A stretch of DNA of 64,000 nucleotides from Planctomycetota bacterium (GTDB taxonomy: Bacteria > Planctomycetota > B15-G4), in NCBI GenBank assembly GCA_038212275.1, contig JBBQUR010000006.1, positions 160,001 to 224,000 on the forward strand, given 5' to 3'. Shown piece after piece: positions 50,108-61,750 of the stretch. The notes below the pieces were generated by a model, which worked only from the letters and a program-made list of their open reading frames with translations, did no database searches and was not told the origin of the DNA. The translations under genes and the position numbers were made by a program. Numbering within the stretch: the stretch's first letter is position 1; every line of letters begins with the position of its first letter.

Positions 50108-51156
50108 CCTGCCGCGTCCTTGCTCCATGCATCTTCGTCCTCACGCTGCTGGCCGCCGCGCTTCCCTGCCCCGCGCAACAGGCAGGCGCCACGCCGTCGA
50201 ATGTCGCGGAGGTTGCCGCCACGCCGGTCGTCAGCGACTCCCGCGAAGCGCCCGTGTTCAACGCCGCCGACGTGGCGGTGCGCTACGTCCGCGTCGACAA
50301 CGACTGGAGCCGCGTCACTCAGGCGCTCTCGGCGCAGGCTGAGCGCCGCTTCTTCGTGCGTGGCGCCGACGGAGCCGTGAGCGGCCCCTACAAGAACGTC
50401 GACAACTTCGGCAGCGTGATCGTCCTGCACGATCACGTATCGCTGCTGCCGGAGCTCGAGGCCACGCTGGCGCAGCTCGTCGAGGTCACGGCGGCACCGC
50501 CGGAGACGCGCGAGCCGTTGCAGGTCATCGAGTACAGGCCGCGGCACGAGGCCGTGAGCAGCCTGCTGCGCGCGCTGGAACCCTTCGCGCGCCGGATCGC
50601 GAACAACTCCGACGACTCCGGGCTGGGCACGACCGCCGTGAGCAACGTCACGATGCTGCCGGAGGCCGGCGTCCTCGTGCTGCGCGACACGGCGGCGCGC
50701 CTGGCAGAGATGCAGAACCTGCTGGCGCGGATCGACGTGCCCGCGCCGCAGGTGATGCTCACCTGCCTGCTCATCCAGGATGTCCCCGAGGCCGACGGCG
50801 CAGACGCAACGGCCGGCCTGCCAGGGGACCTGGTGGCCGACCTCCGCCAGCTACTGCCCATCCACGGACTGGCCCGCGTGGGGCAGGCCGCGCTGCGCAT
50901 CGCGGTGGTTCCCGGCAGCAAGGTCAGCCTCACTGGCAAGCTCGAATCGGGACAGAACTTCGAGCTGAGACTCGAGCCGACCGGCTACGACCGCGAGAAA
51001 GGCAGCCTTTCGGTCACGCAGTGCACGCTGCGCCTCGACGAGGACGCCTTGTTCACGACGAGCGCGGTGCTGGCGGCCGGCGAGCACACGGTCCTGGGCG
51101 CCTCGGGCAAGCAGCCGCTTTTCGTCGTGCTGCGCGTGGTGCCGCTCGACGACTGA
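50104..51156 (+). CDS. Exported protein with secretin-N (NolW-like) repeats, no secretin barrel
   Basis: Signal peptide; VLVLRDTAARLAEMQNLLARIDVPAPQVML; ATGA coupling. Confidence 0.65.
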   Translation: MTCRVLAPCIFVLTLLAAALPCPAQQAGATPSNVAEVAATPVVSDSREAPVFNAADVAVRYVRVDNDWSRVTQALSAQAERRFFVRGADGAVSGPYKNVDNFGSVIVLHDHVSLLPELEATLAQLVEVTAAPPETREPLQVIEYRPRHEAVSSLLRALEPFARRIANNSDDSGLGTTAVSNVTMLPEAGVLVLRDTAARLAEMQNLLARIDVPAPQVMLTCLLIQDVPEADGADATAGLPGDLVADLRQLLPIHGLARVGQAALRIAVVPGSKVSLTGKLESGQNFELRLEPTGYDREKGSLSVTQCTLRLDEDALFTTSAVLAAGEHTVLGASGKQPLFVVLRVVPLDD

Positions 51157-51210
51157 GCTTTGTGCTCGACGCTTGACAGACGTGCGGGGGGCGTGCTGAT
51201 CTGTATCGGC

Positions 51211-51591
51211 ATGTCCCCCCGCACTCCCTCGCTGCTGCGCTGGCTCCGTATCGCGGTTGCCGCGCTGGTGCTCTTCGGCGGCGAGGACCTTCACGAGCTG
51301 CTGCACAGGCAGAATTGGTCGGTTCCTGCAGGCGGAAACGCGGCCAGCGGCCAGCTCGAACTCCACGCGGGTGCATGCCAGTTCGGGCAGTCAACGCACG
51401 AGCTGCACTGCCATGCCTGCCTGCTCTGCAAGACCGCTCAAGCTCACGACCTGCTGCTTCCCGTCGACGGCACCGCATGGGTGTCGACCGGCGCGGCGCC
51501 TGCTTTCGTGTGCGACACCACGACCTGCGTGTCGCCCCTCGACCTTCCTGGAACGCTCGGGGCCCGCGGGCCTCCCGTGACATCGGCCTGA
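51211..51591 (+). CDS. DUF2946-like His/Cys-rich leader protein ending in RGPP (putative metal-responsive arrest peptide)
   Basis: N-terminal hydrophobic segment, LHELLH, HELHCHACLLCK, C-terminal ARGPPVTSA*; TTGACA at 51173. Confidence 0.75.
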   Translation: MSPRTPSLLRWLRIAVAALVLFGGEDLHELLHRQNWSVPAGGNAASGQLELHAGACQFGQSTHELHCHACLLCKTAQAHDLLLPVDGTAWVSTGAAPAFVCDTTTCVSPLDLPGTLGARGPPVTSA

Positions 51592-51616
51592 CCCTTTCGT
51601 CGCGCGGTCGCCCGCG

Positions 51617-51690
51617 CCGCCCACTTCGAGTGGTGCGGACGGAGTGACCCGCCGGTCACCGATCCGTCCCGGCACGCTGTGCGTGCCTTT
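51617..51690 (+). promoter_or_regulatory. Three consecutive hairpins between leader ORF and porin gene; last one terminator-like
   Basis: ccgcccact-tcg-agtggtgcgg; gtgacc-cgcc-ggtcac; ggcacgc-tgt-gcgtgcc-ttt. Confidence 0.5.
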
Positions 51691-51708
51691 GATCCAGGGA
51701 GTTCACTC

Positions 51709-53169
51709 ATGCATGTCCCATTCCGTACCCACGGCACGCGGTCTCCTCGTGCTGATTTGTCGTGCCGGCAGGCCCGGTCGTGCCTGCTGTTGTTGCTGGC
51801 CGTGTGTGCCGGCAGCCCGGTGTCTTCCGCGCAGGATGCGGCGCCCGCGGCGGCAGGGTCCGCTGCACAAAGCAACGAGGAGCTGCAACGGCTGCTCGCC
51901 GAGGAACGCGCGGCGCGCATCGCACTCGAGAAACGTCTCGCGAAGCTCGAGCTGAAACTCACCGAGCGGGAGGACGCCGATCTTGAAGCGCAGCTCCGCG
52001 GCCTCGTCGCGCCGGCCGATCTGGTCGTCGCACCGACGCGGACGATCTTTCCCAGCGCCGCCAATCCGCGCATCGGCGTCTTCATGGACTCCACCGTCGG
52101 AGTTGGAAATCTCAACAACGAGCTGGGCGACCCGGAGGGCAACAACTTCTCGCTGCGCGAAACCGAGGTCGACTTCAGCCTGCCGATTTCGCCGTTCGCG
52201 GAAGGCGTGCTGGTCGTCCCCTTCGAGGACGACGGCAACGGCGACTTCGCCTCCAGCATCGAGGAGGGCTACGCGAAGATCGGCCTCGGCGGGCTGCTCG
52301 ACAACGACTGGAAGACCGTCATGAAGCTCGGCCGCTTCCGGCCGCAGTTCGGGCGCAACAACCAGCTCCACCTGCACGACTGGCTGCAGGTGAATCAGCC
52401 GCTGCCCGTGCAGAATCTGCTCGGTCCGGAGGGGATCATCGGCAACGGCGCCAACTTCGAGATTCCGGTCGCGCACTTCGGCGAGACCGCCGGCGAGGGC
52501 CAGACCACGACGCTCAACCTGGCGGTCGTGAACGGCGACATCCTCTCGACGAGCGACGGCGACCTCGGCGCGCTCGCCAACAGCGAAGGAACGAGCCTCA
52601 ACTCCCAGGGTCCGGTCGCCGTGGCGCGGCTCTCGCACTACGTGGAACTGGGCACGCTCTCGGACGTCGAGGTCGGCGTGTCCACGCTGCAGCGCCTGGA
52701 CAACCAGGCCGTCATGACCGACTCGGGGGCGGAGATCAACCCGAGCTACTACGACGCGGACTTCACCTGGCGCAGTCGCGACGACGAGACCGGCATCGGC
52801 AGCTGGCTGGTGCAGACCGAAATGATGCAGACGAACGTGAACTACGGAGACTCCGGCATCGGAGGCAGCTCCAACAGCCAGTCGCGCGACGGCTGGTGGG
52901 TCACCGTGCAGCGCCAGATCACGCCGAGCACGTACATCGGCCTGCTCTACGCGGAGAGCGACGTGCTCGGCAACAACGCGCACGATGATTCCATCTCGCC
53001 CTACGTGACCTGGTATGCGGATGAGTTTTTCCGCGTGCGCTGGCAGGTGGACCGCCAGTCGCAGAGCGGGTCCGGCAGCGACAACTTCAGCGATGCGTAT
53101 CGCGGGCTCATGGAAGTCACCTGGAACTTCGGCGCCCACCCTCCCCACCCCTACTGGGTCAACCGGTAG
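51709..53169 (+). CDS. Outer-membrane beta-barrel/porin associated with metal ABC uptake
   Basis: Signal peptide, coiled coil, NPRIGV, LRETEV, EEGY, GRFRPQFGRNNQLHLHD, C-terminal GAHPPHPY. Confidence 0.8.
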   Translation: MHVPFRTHGTRSPRADLSCRQARSCLLLLLAVCAGSPVSSAQDAAPAAAGSAAQSNEELQRLLAEERAARIALEKRLAKLELKLTEREDADLEAQLRGLVAPADLVVAPTRTIFPSAANPRIGVFMDSTVGVGNLNNELGDPEGNNFSLRETEVDFSLPISPFAEGVLVVPFEDDGNGDFASSIEEGYAKIGLGGLLDNDWKTVMKLGRFRPQFGRNNQLHLHDWLQVNQPLPVQNLLGPEGIIGNGANFEIPVAHFGETAGEGQTTTLNLAVVNGDILSTSDGDLGALANSEGTSLNSQGPVAVARLSHYVELGTLSDVEVGVSTLQRLDNQAVMTDSGAEINPSYYDADFTWRSRDDETGIGSWLVQTEMMQTNVNYGDSGIGGSSNSQSRDGWWVTVQRQITPSTYIGLLYAESDVLGNNAHDDSISPYVTWYADEFFRVRWQVDRQSQSGSGSDNFSDAYRGLMEVTWNFGAHPPHPYWVNR

Positions 53170-53180
53170 AAAGGCATCCG

Positions 53181-54191
53181 ATGAAAACACTCTTCACCAT
53201 GTTGCTCGCCGTCACGCTCGGGCCCGTCAGCGCCGCCAGCGCCGTGGCCCCGCACCTCGAGGCTCCGCAGCCGGCCCGCGGAGCGCCGCTCGCACCGCCG
53301 CCGCTCGCGCCGCCGCAGTCCGACGCTCCGCTGAAGGTCATTGCCACCACGCCGACGTACGGCGATCTTGCGCGCGAGATCGGCGGCGAGTTCGTGGACG
53401 TGATCGACCTGTGCCGGGCCACGCAGGACATGCACGCAGTCGGCGCCACGCCGTCGCAGATGGCGCGCATGCAGGGCGCCGGCCTTGTGCTGTACACCGG
53501 GCTGGACGCCGAGGGCTGGCTCGATCCCATGCTGCGCAGCTCCGGCAACCTGGCGCTGCTGCCCGGCAACGCGCGCTCGATCGCGCTGTCGGACGGCATC
53601 CCTGTGAAGGAGGTGCCGGCCGAACTGTCGCGCTCGAACGGCGACATCCATGCCTATGGCAATCCGCACCTCTGGGCCGACCCGCTCGCCGTGCGCACGA
53701 TGGGCGACCGCGTGAAGGAGGCGCTCGCCGACGCGCTGCCGGCGCACGCCGACGAAATCAACGCGCGCGGCACCGCCTTCCACGACCGGATCACGAAGAA
53801 GCTCGTGGAATGGCTGAAGAAGTACGCGCCCCTCAAGGGCAAGCGCGTGGTGACCTACCACCCTGCGTGGCCGTACCTGCTCGAGCGCTTCGGCCTGGAG
53901 CTGGCCGGCACGGTGGAGCCCAAGCCCCGCGTCGCACCAACGGCGAGTCACCTGGAAAAGCTGGTGGAAACGATCAAGTCAGAGCACGTGAAGCTCATCA
54001 TCCGCGAGCCCTTCCAGTCGCCGGATGCCACCGACTACCTTGCCCAGCAGACGGGAGCGACGGTGCTGGAACTTTCCACGCACCCTGAGGGCGGCGGCGC
54101 GGGAGATGCGATCATCAACCACTTCGAGGAGTCGCTGGCGGCGATTTCCGCCGTGGTGGACCCCGTCGCGCCGGCCACGCCCGGAGCGTAG
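53181..54191 (+). CDS. Metal (Zn/Mn-type, ZnuA family) ABC transporter substrate-binding protein
   Basis: QDMH, GDIHAYGNPHLWADP, YHPAWPY, EPKP. Confidence 0.9.
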   Translation: MKTLFTMLLAVTLGPVSAASAVAPHLEAPQPARGAPLAPPPLAPPQSDAPLKVIATTPTYGDLAREIGGEFVDVIDLCRATQDMHAVGATPSQMARMQGAGLVLYTGLDAEGWLDPMLRSSGNLALLPGNARSIALSDGIPVKEVPAELSRSNGDIHAYGNPHLWADPLAVRTMGDRVKEALADALPAHADEINARGTAFHDRITKKLVEWLKKYAPLKGKRVVTYHPAWPYLLERFGLELAGTVEPKPRVAPTASHLEKLVETIKSEHVKLIIREPFQSPDATDYLAQQTGATVLELSTHPEGGGAGDAIINHFEESLAAISAVVDPVAPATPGA

Positions 54192-54197
54192 ACGAGC

Positions 54198-54980
54198 ATG
54201 CCGAAGCCCATGACCGAAACCTCCGCCGCTCCGCTCGTGCGCCTCACGGACGTGAGTTGCGGTTACGAGCGACACGTGGTTCTCACGGGCGTGTCGCTCG
54301 TGCTGCGGAAGCGCCACATGCTGGCACTCGTCGGGCCCAACGGCGCGGGCAAGACCACGCTGCTCCGCACGCTGCTCGGGCTGCTGCCGGTGCGCGCCGG
54401 GAGCATCGAGTACGGAAGCGGCCATCCCCCGCGCATCGGATACGTGCCGCAGACCGACATCTCCGAGGTGCTGTTTCCCGTGACCGCGCTGGAAGTCGCG
54501 CTCATGGGACTCACGCCACACCTCGGGCTGCTGCGGCGGCCGAATGCCGCCGACCGGCAGGCCGCGCGGGACGCGCTGGCCCGCTTCGACGTGGCCAACC
54601 TCGCCGAACGGCAATTCCGCTCGCTTTCCGGCGGCCAGCGCCAGCGTGTGCTGCTCGCGCGCGGGCTCGTCGGCAATCCGGAGATGCTCGTGCTCGACGA
54701 ACCGGTGCGCGGGCTGGACATCGCCAGCTCCGCCACGCTCGTGCAGCTCATGGTCGACCTCGCCAGGCAGCAGGGCATCGCCATCGTCGTGGCCACGCAC
54801 AGCCTGGACCTCGTCGCCAACCATGCCGACGACGTCGCGCTGGTGCGGCACGGCACCGTGCGCGCCGGGCCGGCGCGCGAGATCATGACCACGCCAGTGC
54901 TCACGGAGTTTCACGGGCTGCCCGTGCACGTGCACGAGGTGGACGGTCAACGCGTCGTCCTCGCCGGGAAGGAACCATGA
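54198..54980 (+). CDS. Metal ABC transporter ATPase (ZnuC-like)
   Basis: GPNGAGKTT, IGYVPQ, LSGGQRQR, LDEP. Confidence 0.92.
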   Translation: MPKPMTETSAAPLVRLTDVSCGYERHVVLTGVSLVLRKRHMLALVGPNGAGKTTLLRTLLGLLPVRAGSIEYGSGHPPRIGYVPQTDISEVLFPVTALEVALMGLTPHLGLLRRPNAADRQAARDALARFDVANLAERQFRSLSGGQRQRVLLARGLVGNPEMLVLDEPVRGLDIASSATLVQLMVDLARQQGIAIVVATHSLDLVANHADDVALVRHGTVRAGPAREIMTTPVLTEFHGLPVHVHEVDGQRVVLAGKEP

Positions 54981-56455
54981 GCATGACGCACTGGCTCGAC
55001 GGCACGCCGCTGGCCGCCATCCCGGGCGCCACGGTGGCCGCGCTGATCGCGGGCACGCTGCTGCCGATGCTCGGCGTGTGGGTCGTGTACCAGCGCATCG
55101 TGTTCCTGGGCGTGACACTGGCCCAGGTGGCGGCCGCGGGCGTGGCGCTGGGACTGCTGCTCGACCTGCCACCGCTGCCGATGGGCTTCCTGCTCTGCGC
55201 GATCATGGTCGGACTTGTCGTGCGCGGCTTCCGCGGCGGCATCGGCAGCGGCGGCGACAGCGCGCTCGGCGCGGCCTTCTGCGTGGCCTCCGCGCTCGCG
55301 CTGCTCTTCATCTCGCGTTCGCCGTCCGAGGTCGAGGAGATCGAACGCGTCCTGCACGGCAACCTCATCTTCGCGCTGCCGGCGGACGTTGAGCGCGTCT
55401 CCATCGCACTGGTCGCCGGTCTCGTCGTGATCGGGCTGTTCTTCAAGCAGATCCTGTTCTCCGCCTTCGACGGCGAGACGGCGGCCGCGCTCGGGCTCCG
55501 CCCGCGCAGCTGGTTGCTGCTGCTCTTCGTGGTGCTTGCGATCGTGCTCACGCTCTCCATGAGCACCACCGGCTCGCTGCTCACGTCCGCGCTGCTCATC
55601 CTGCCGCCGCTGGCCGCGCTGCAGTTCCGTCGCGGGCTGAAGGCCAGCTTCGCGCTCGCGGCGCTGCTGGGCTTCGTCGCGACGCTCGCGGGACTGCTGC
55701 TCGCCGTCACGGCGGATCTGCACCTCGAGTCGTCCATCGTGGTGACCTCGTTCCTGTTGCTGCCTCTGGTGGCGTGCTGGAGAATCTCGCCCTTCCTGGC
55801 GCTCGCGCTGGCCGCGGGCCTGGCCTTCCTCGCGCCGCAACTTGCGCCGAAACAGCAGCCGCCGCTCGCGTCGCCGCATGCGGCCGTGGATCCCGCCGCA
55901 GACCTGCCGGACGACATCACCGCACTGCTGGCCGAGGCCACGAGAGACGAGGCCGGCGGTGCGGCGACTTCCGCGCCGACTTCCGTGCCGACGGCCGCGC
56001 TGGCTGCCGCGGCGACTTCCGTGCCGACTTCCGTGCCCGCGACCACCGATGCATCGCTGGCTCCGGCTGCGTCGCCAACCGACAAGGCGGGTCACCACTC
56101 CGAAGCGCTGCAGCTGCATCTCTTCGCGCAACCCGCCGCCGAAGCGAACTCCGTGGAAGTGAGCTGGACGCTCGAGCTGCGCCGCAACGTGCCGCCCCAG
56201 CCGCTGCCGCGCACGGTCTACCTGGTGACGACGGGTTGCGGCGTGACCGACGAGCGCGCCATCGTGCGCGACACCGCTCAGCTGCGACCGACCGACACGA
56301 TGCTCACCGGCGGCTTCACGCTCGTCGGCACAAGTTCCGTCGGTCCGATCGCCGGCCAGCTCTGGACCGGCCCGCGCAACGACGAGCGCTCGACGCCCGT
56401 GCCGAACTCCGTGGTGCTGCCATCCACAGCGCCGTCGGCTCACGGCCACCCCTAG
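54977..56455 (+). CDS. Metal ABC-3 permease (ZnuB-like) with a long C-terminal extension
   Basis: LGVWVVYQRIVFLGVTLAQVAAAG, LHGNL, FDGETAAALG, LILPP; then an A/T/P-rich linker and a soluble domain. Confidence 0.88.
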   Translation: MSMTHWLDGTPLAAIPGATVAALIAGTLLPMLGVWVVYQRIVFLGVTLAQVAAAGVALGLLLDLPPLPMGFLLCAIMVGLVVRGFRGGIGSGGDSALGAAFCVASALALLFISRSPSEVEEIERVLHGNLIFALPADVERVSIALVAGLVVIGLFFKQILFSAFDGETAAALGLRPRSWLLLLFVVLAIVLTLSMSTTGSLLTSALLILPPLAALQFRRGLKASFALAALLGFVATLAGLLLAVTADLHLESSIVVTSFLLLPLVACWRISPFLALALAAGLAFLAPQLAPKQQPPLASPHAAVDPAADLPDDITALLAEATRDEAGGAATSAPTSVPTAALAAAATSVPTSVPATTDASLAPAASPTDKAGHHSEALQLHLFAQPAAEANSVEVSWTLELRRNVPPQPLPRTVYLVTTGCGVTDERAIVRDTAQLRPTDTMLTGGFTLVGTSSVGPIAGQLWTGPRNDERSTPVPNSVVLPSTAPSAHGHP

Positions 56456-56659
56456 GGAGGGCATCACGGTGCGCTCGGCAAGCCGGATGGTTCGCTCACA
56501 CGGGCGTGGTCAGGCATCGACACCGCCACGACGATCAGCGTCCATCCGAACGGCGCCGGAGTCCGGGCCGGCAGCTGGACGGCAAGGTCGTCAGCCGCCT
56601 GGAGGGACTCGTCGACAAGTGACAGTCCATCGCCCTCAATCAGGAGTCGACGCGCCACC

Positions 56660-57220
56660 ATGGGAGCATTGACCTTCAGCATCAACGTCACCCTCGACGG
56701 TTGCGTCGACCATCAGGAGGGTATCGCCGACGACGAAACACACTCTCTCTTCACCCGCCTCATGGACGAGGCCGGGGCGATGCTGTGGGGCCGCATCACC
56801 TACGAGATGATGGAGAGCTACTGGCCGGCGGTCGCCCGCGGCGACGAAGAGGCGCCGCCGACGATGCGCGAGTGGGCGATCAAGCTGGAGGCCAAGCAGA
56901 AATACGTGGTGTCGTCGACGCGAACGGACTTCCCGTGGACCAACAGCCACCTCATCGCCGGCGACTTGCGCACGAGCGTGCAGAAACTCAAGGATGCGAC
57001 CCCTGCCGGCGTGCTCCTCGGTAGCGGCAAGCTCGCGACCGAGCTGGACCGGCTGGATCTGATCGACGAGTACAGATTCCTCGTCCACCCCAGGATCGCC
57101 GGCCACGGCCCGACCCTTTACCAGAGCGGGCTACCCGGCACGCGACGGCTCGAGCTGGTCTCGTCGATGCCACTTCGCTGCGGCGCCGTCGCCATGCACT
57201 ACCGGCGCGCGCGCGGTTGA
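56660..57220 (+). CDS. Dihydrofolate reductase / RibD C-terminal family protein
   Basis: INVTLDG, LWGRITYEMM, GSGKLA, LIDEYRFLVHP..AGHG. Confidence 0.9.
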   Translation: MGALTFSINVTLDGCVDHQEGIADDETHSLFTRLMDEAGAMLWGRITYEMMESYWPAVARGDEEAPPTMREWAIKLEAKQKYVVSSTRTDFPWTNSHLIAGDLRTSVQKLKDATPAGVLLGSGKLATELDRLDLIDEYRFLVHPRIAGHGPTLYQSGLPGTRRLELVSSMPLRCGAVAMHYRRARG

Positions 57221-57322
57221 CATCCGGTTGCGTGTTCGCGGCCCTGGACACCTGCTGGCTACCCATTGCCCGGGACCTGGACGTCTCGCATTGACGCAGC
57301 ACGACCTGCGATTGGGTCCTGA

Positions 57323-59563
<2,241 letters not shown>

Positions 59564-59677
59564 TCAGGCGAGGCGCAGCGTGTCGCGAGCCAGCGCCGTG
59601 ATCATCACGCTGCTGTGCACCGCCATGGCAGCCGCCCGGCTGATGTTCGACGCGCGGTCACCGGGACCGTCTCGCGC

Positions 59678-60385
59678 TCAGTCGAGCAATTCGTAGGTGA
59701 CCTCGATGCGTGACACGACCTCGAAGCTGCCCGGCGGCGCCTCGGGAGAGCCCTCCACGCTGTCCGGCGAGAGCTGACTCTCCTCGATCGAGCGCACGGC
59801 GCCGAGGCGCAGGCTGACTTCCTGCGCGAGCATCTCGGCCTTGGTGCGCGCTTCGATCAGCGCGCGTTCGCGCGCGCGATCGCCGGCGCCGCGCATGTCG
59901 GTGATGCCGAAGCGCATCTGCTCGATGGCATCCGCGCCGGCGCCCAGCACCACCGCCAGGAGCGCGGGCAGGCGTTGCAGCTCGTTCACCGTGACCACCA
60001 TGCGCTGGCCGAGCCACCACGCGTCGGGTCGGTCGGCCCCCTGAAGCACGAGCTGGATGTCGCGCATGACCATGTCGGTCGGGCGCACGCCCGCCTGCTC
60101 GAGCACCTTGCTGAGCTTGGCCATGCGCGCGCTGCCCTGCGCCCACGCGGCTTCCGCAGTCGGCGCCGTCAGCTTGATGACGCACTCGAAACTGGCCTGC
60201 GACGGCGGCAGCGACATGCGCCCCGTGCCCGAGACCTTCAGCACGCGCCCCGCGTCGACGGCCGGCAGGTCGAACGACCCCGCGAGCGTCGGTCGCTCGG
60301 TGCAGCCGCCGAGGAGCAATGACGCCAGCAGCACCGGCACGATCGCCAGGCCTCTCGTCCGCGCGTCACCCGATGCGCCTCTCAC
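59678..60385 (-). CDS. SIMPL (DUF541) domain lipoprotein
   Basis: LLLGGC lipobox, VSGTG, ARERALIEARTKAEMLA...LGAVRSIEE, VTYEL; GTG overlaps peroxidase stop. Confidence 0.8.
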   Translation of the reverse strand: MRGASGDARTRGLAIVPVLLASLLLGGCTERPTLAGSFDLPAVDAGRVLKVSGTGRMSLPPSQASFECVIKLTAPTAEAAWAQGSARMAKLSKVLEQAGVRPTDMVMRDIQLVLQGADRPDAWWLGQRMVVTVNELQRLPALLAVVLGAGADAIEQMRFGITDMRGAGDRARERALIEARTKAEMLAQEVSLRLGAVRSIEESQLSPDSVEGSPEAPPGSFEVVSRIEVTYELLD

Positions 60386-61569
60386 TGCGGGAACTGCGCC
60401 GGGGCCGTGTCCATGAATCCCTCGCCGTTCAGCGACTCCATGAAGGCGACGAGTGCGTCCACGTCCGCGTCGGCCAGGTCCAGCTTGAACATCTTGGGCG
60501 AGAGGTGCGGATTGGGTTGCCCGCCCTTGCGATAGTGCTCGACGACGTCCTTCAGCGTCGCAAGCGAACCGTCGTGCATGTACGGCGCGTGCCGCGACAC
60601 CTCGCGCAGGCCGGGCGTCTTGAACGCGCCGAGGTCGTCGGGCTTGCCGCTGATCTTGCCACGACCCTCGTCCTTGAAGCTTCCGGCGGAAGCATCCCAG
60701 CCGATGCCGAGATTGTGAAACTTGCTGTCCGTGAACGACGTGCCGACGTGGCACGTCGCGCAGAGCGCCTTGCCGAAAAACAGTTCGCTGCCTTGCTTGA
60801 CCTGTTCGCTCACCAGCGCCTGCCCCGCGACGTCGTCGTCTTCGGCATCCCGCCAGCGGTCCCACGCCGAGTTGCCCGAGATGCGCGTGCGCTCGTAGGC
60901 CGCGATGGCCAGCGCGATGCGGTCGAGGTTGATCGCGTCGTCACCGAAGGCCTGCTTGAAGTACGGCTTGTAGCCGGCGACGCCGGCGACCGAGGCGACG
61001 ACCGCGTCGTGCGTGTTGCCCATCTCGATCGGGTTGGCCATCGGGCCGATGGCCTGCGCCTCCAGCGAGGCTGCGCGGCCGTCCCAGAAAGTCTCCGGGT
61101 AGAAGGCGAAGGCCGCGTTGACGAACGACGGCGCCTTGCGTCCGCCCCGCTGCCCGCGAATGCCGGTGGACACGGGTGTCTGCTCGGAGAATCCGAACTC
61201 GGGCGCGTGGCACGTCGCGCAGGAGATGCTGCCGTCCGCGGAAAGGCGCTTGTCGTAATAGAGCCAGCGGCCGAGGCGCACCTGCTCGGGCGTCGGCGGG
61301 TTGCGGATGTCCGACAGCGAGGCATCGAGGCCGAGCAGCTTGCCGGGCAGCGGCACCACGGGATTGCTGCGCTCCAAGTCCTCGGCCGACGGTGCGGGGC
61401 CGCGCTGCGCCACGTGCGCATCCTGCTCGAGCTGCTCGAGCTGCTCGACGCCGGCCCCCGCCGAAACGGCGACTCCGGCCGCGATCGAGACCGCGAGGAA
61501 TGGAATCGAAACCAACTTCAACCACTGGACGCTCACCACTCGCTCCTTTGCAGGCGATGGAACGGACAT
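60382..61569 (-). CDS. Di-heme cytochrome c peroxidase (bCCP/MauG family)
   Basis: Two CATCH heme motifs, FWDGRAASLE, NPIEMG, FKTPGLR, APYMHDG. Confidence 0.92.
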   Translation of the reverse strand: MSVPSPAKERVVSVQWLKLVSIPFLAVSIAAGVAVSAGAGVEQLEQLEQDAHVAQRGPAPSAEDLERSNPVVPLPGKLLGLDASLSDIRNPPTPEQVRLGRWLYYDKRLSADGSISCATCHAPEFGFSEQTPVSTGIRGQRGGRKAPSFVNAAFAFYPETFWDGRAASLEAQAIGPMANPIEMGNTHDAVVASVAGVAGYKPYFKQAFGDDAINLDRIALAIAAYERTRISGNSAWDRWRDAEDDDVAGQALVSEQVKQGSELFFGKALCATCHVGTSFTDSKFHNLGIGWDASAGSFKDEGRGKISGKPDDLGAFKTPGLREVSRHAPYMHDGSLATLKDVVEHYRKGGQPNPHLSPKMFKLDLADADVDALVAFMESLNGEGFMDTAPAQFPQ

Positions 61570-61632
61570 GAGTGTCCTAGGCCTGCGACACGGAGACAAG
61601 CACGTCGCATGCCGAGACGGCAAATTCATGCG

Positions 61633-61720
61633 GTCGCCGATGCGCCGGATGTCGCCGCGGCGTCGCCGGATGTCGCCGGATGTCGCCGTGGTGCGGCCGT
61701 CGTGCGGCCGTCGTGCGGCC
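61633..61720. repeat. 10-11-bp degenerate tandem repeat upstream of the peroxidase
   Basis: gatgtcgccg x3 among variants, grading into tcgtgcggccg x2-3. Confidence 0.8.
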
Positions 61721-61750
61721 AAGAAGGCAGTCGCCCCCCTGGCGCCGCCC

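Noticed and set aside
60382..61569. MauG/MbnH-type role in cofactor or peptide modification
   Set aside because: No amine dehydrogenase or MbnP-like partner gene adjacent; a generic bCCP-family call suffices.
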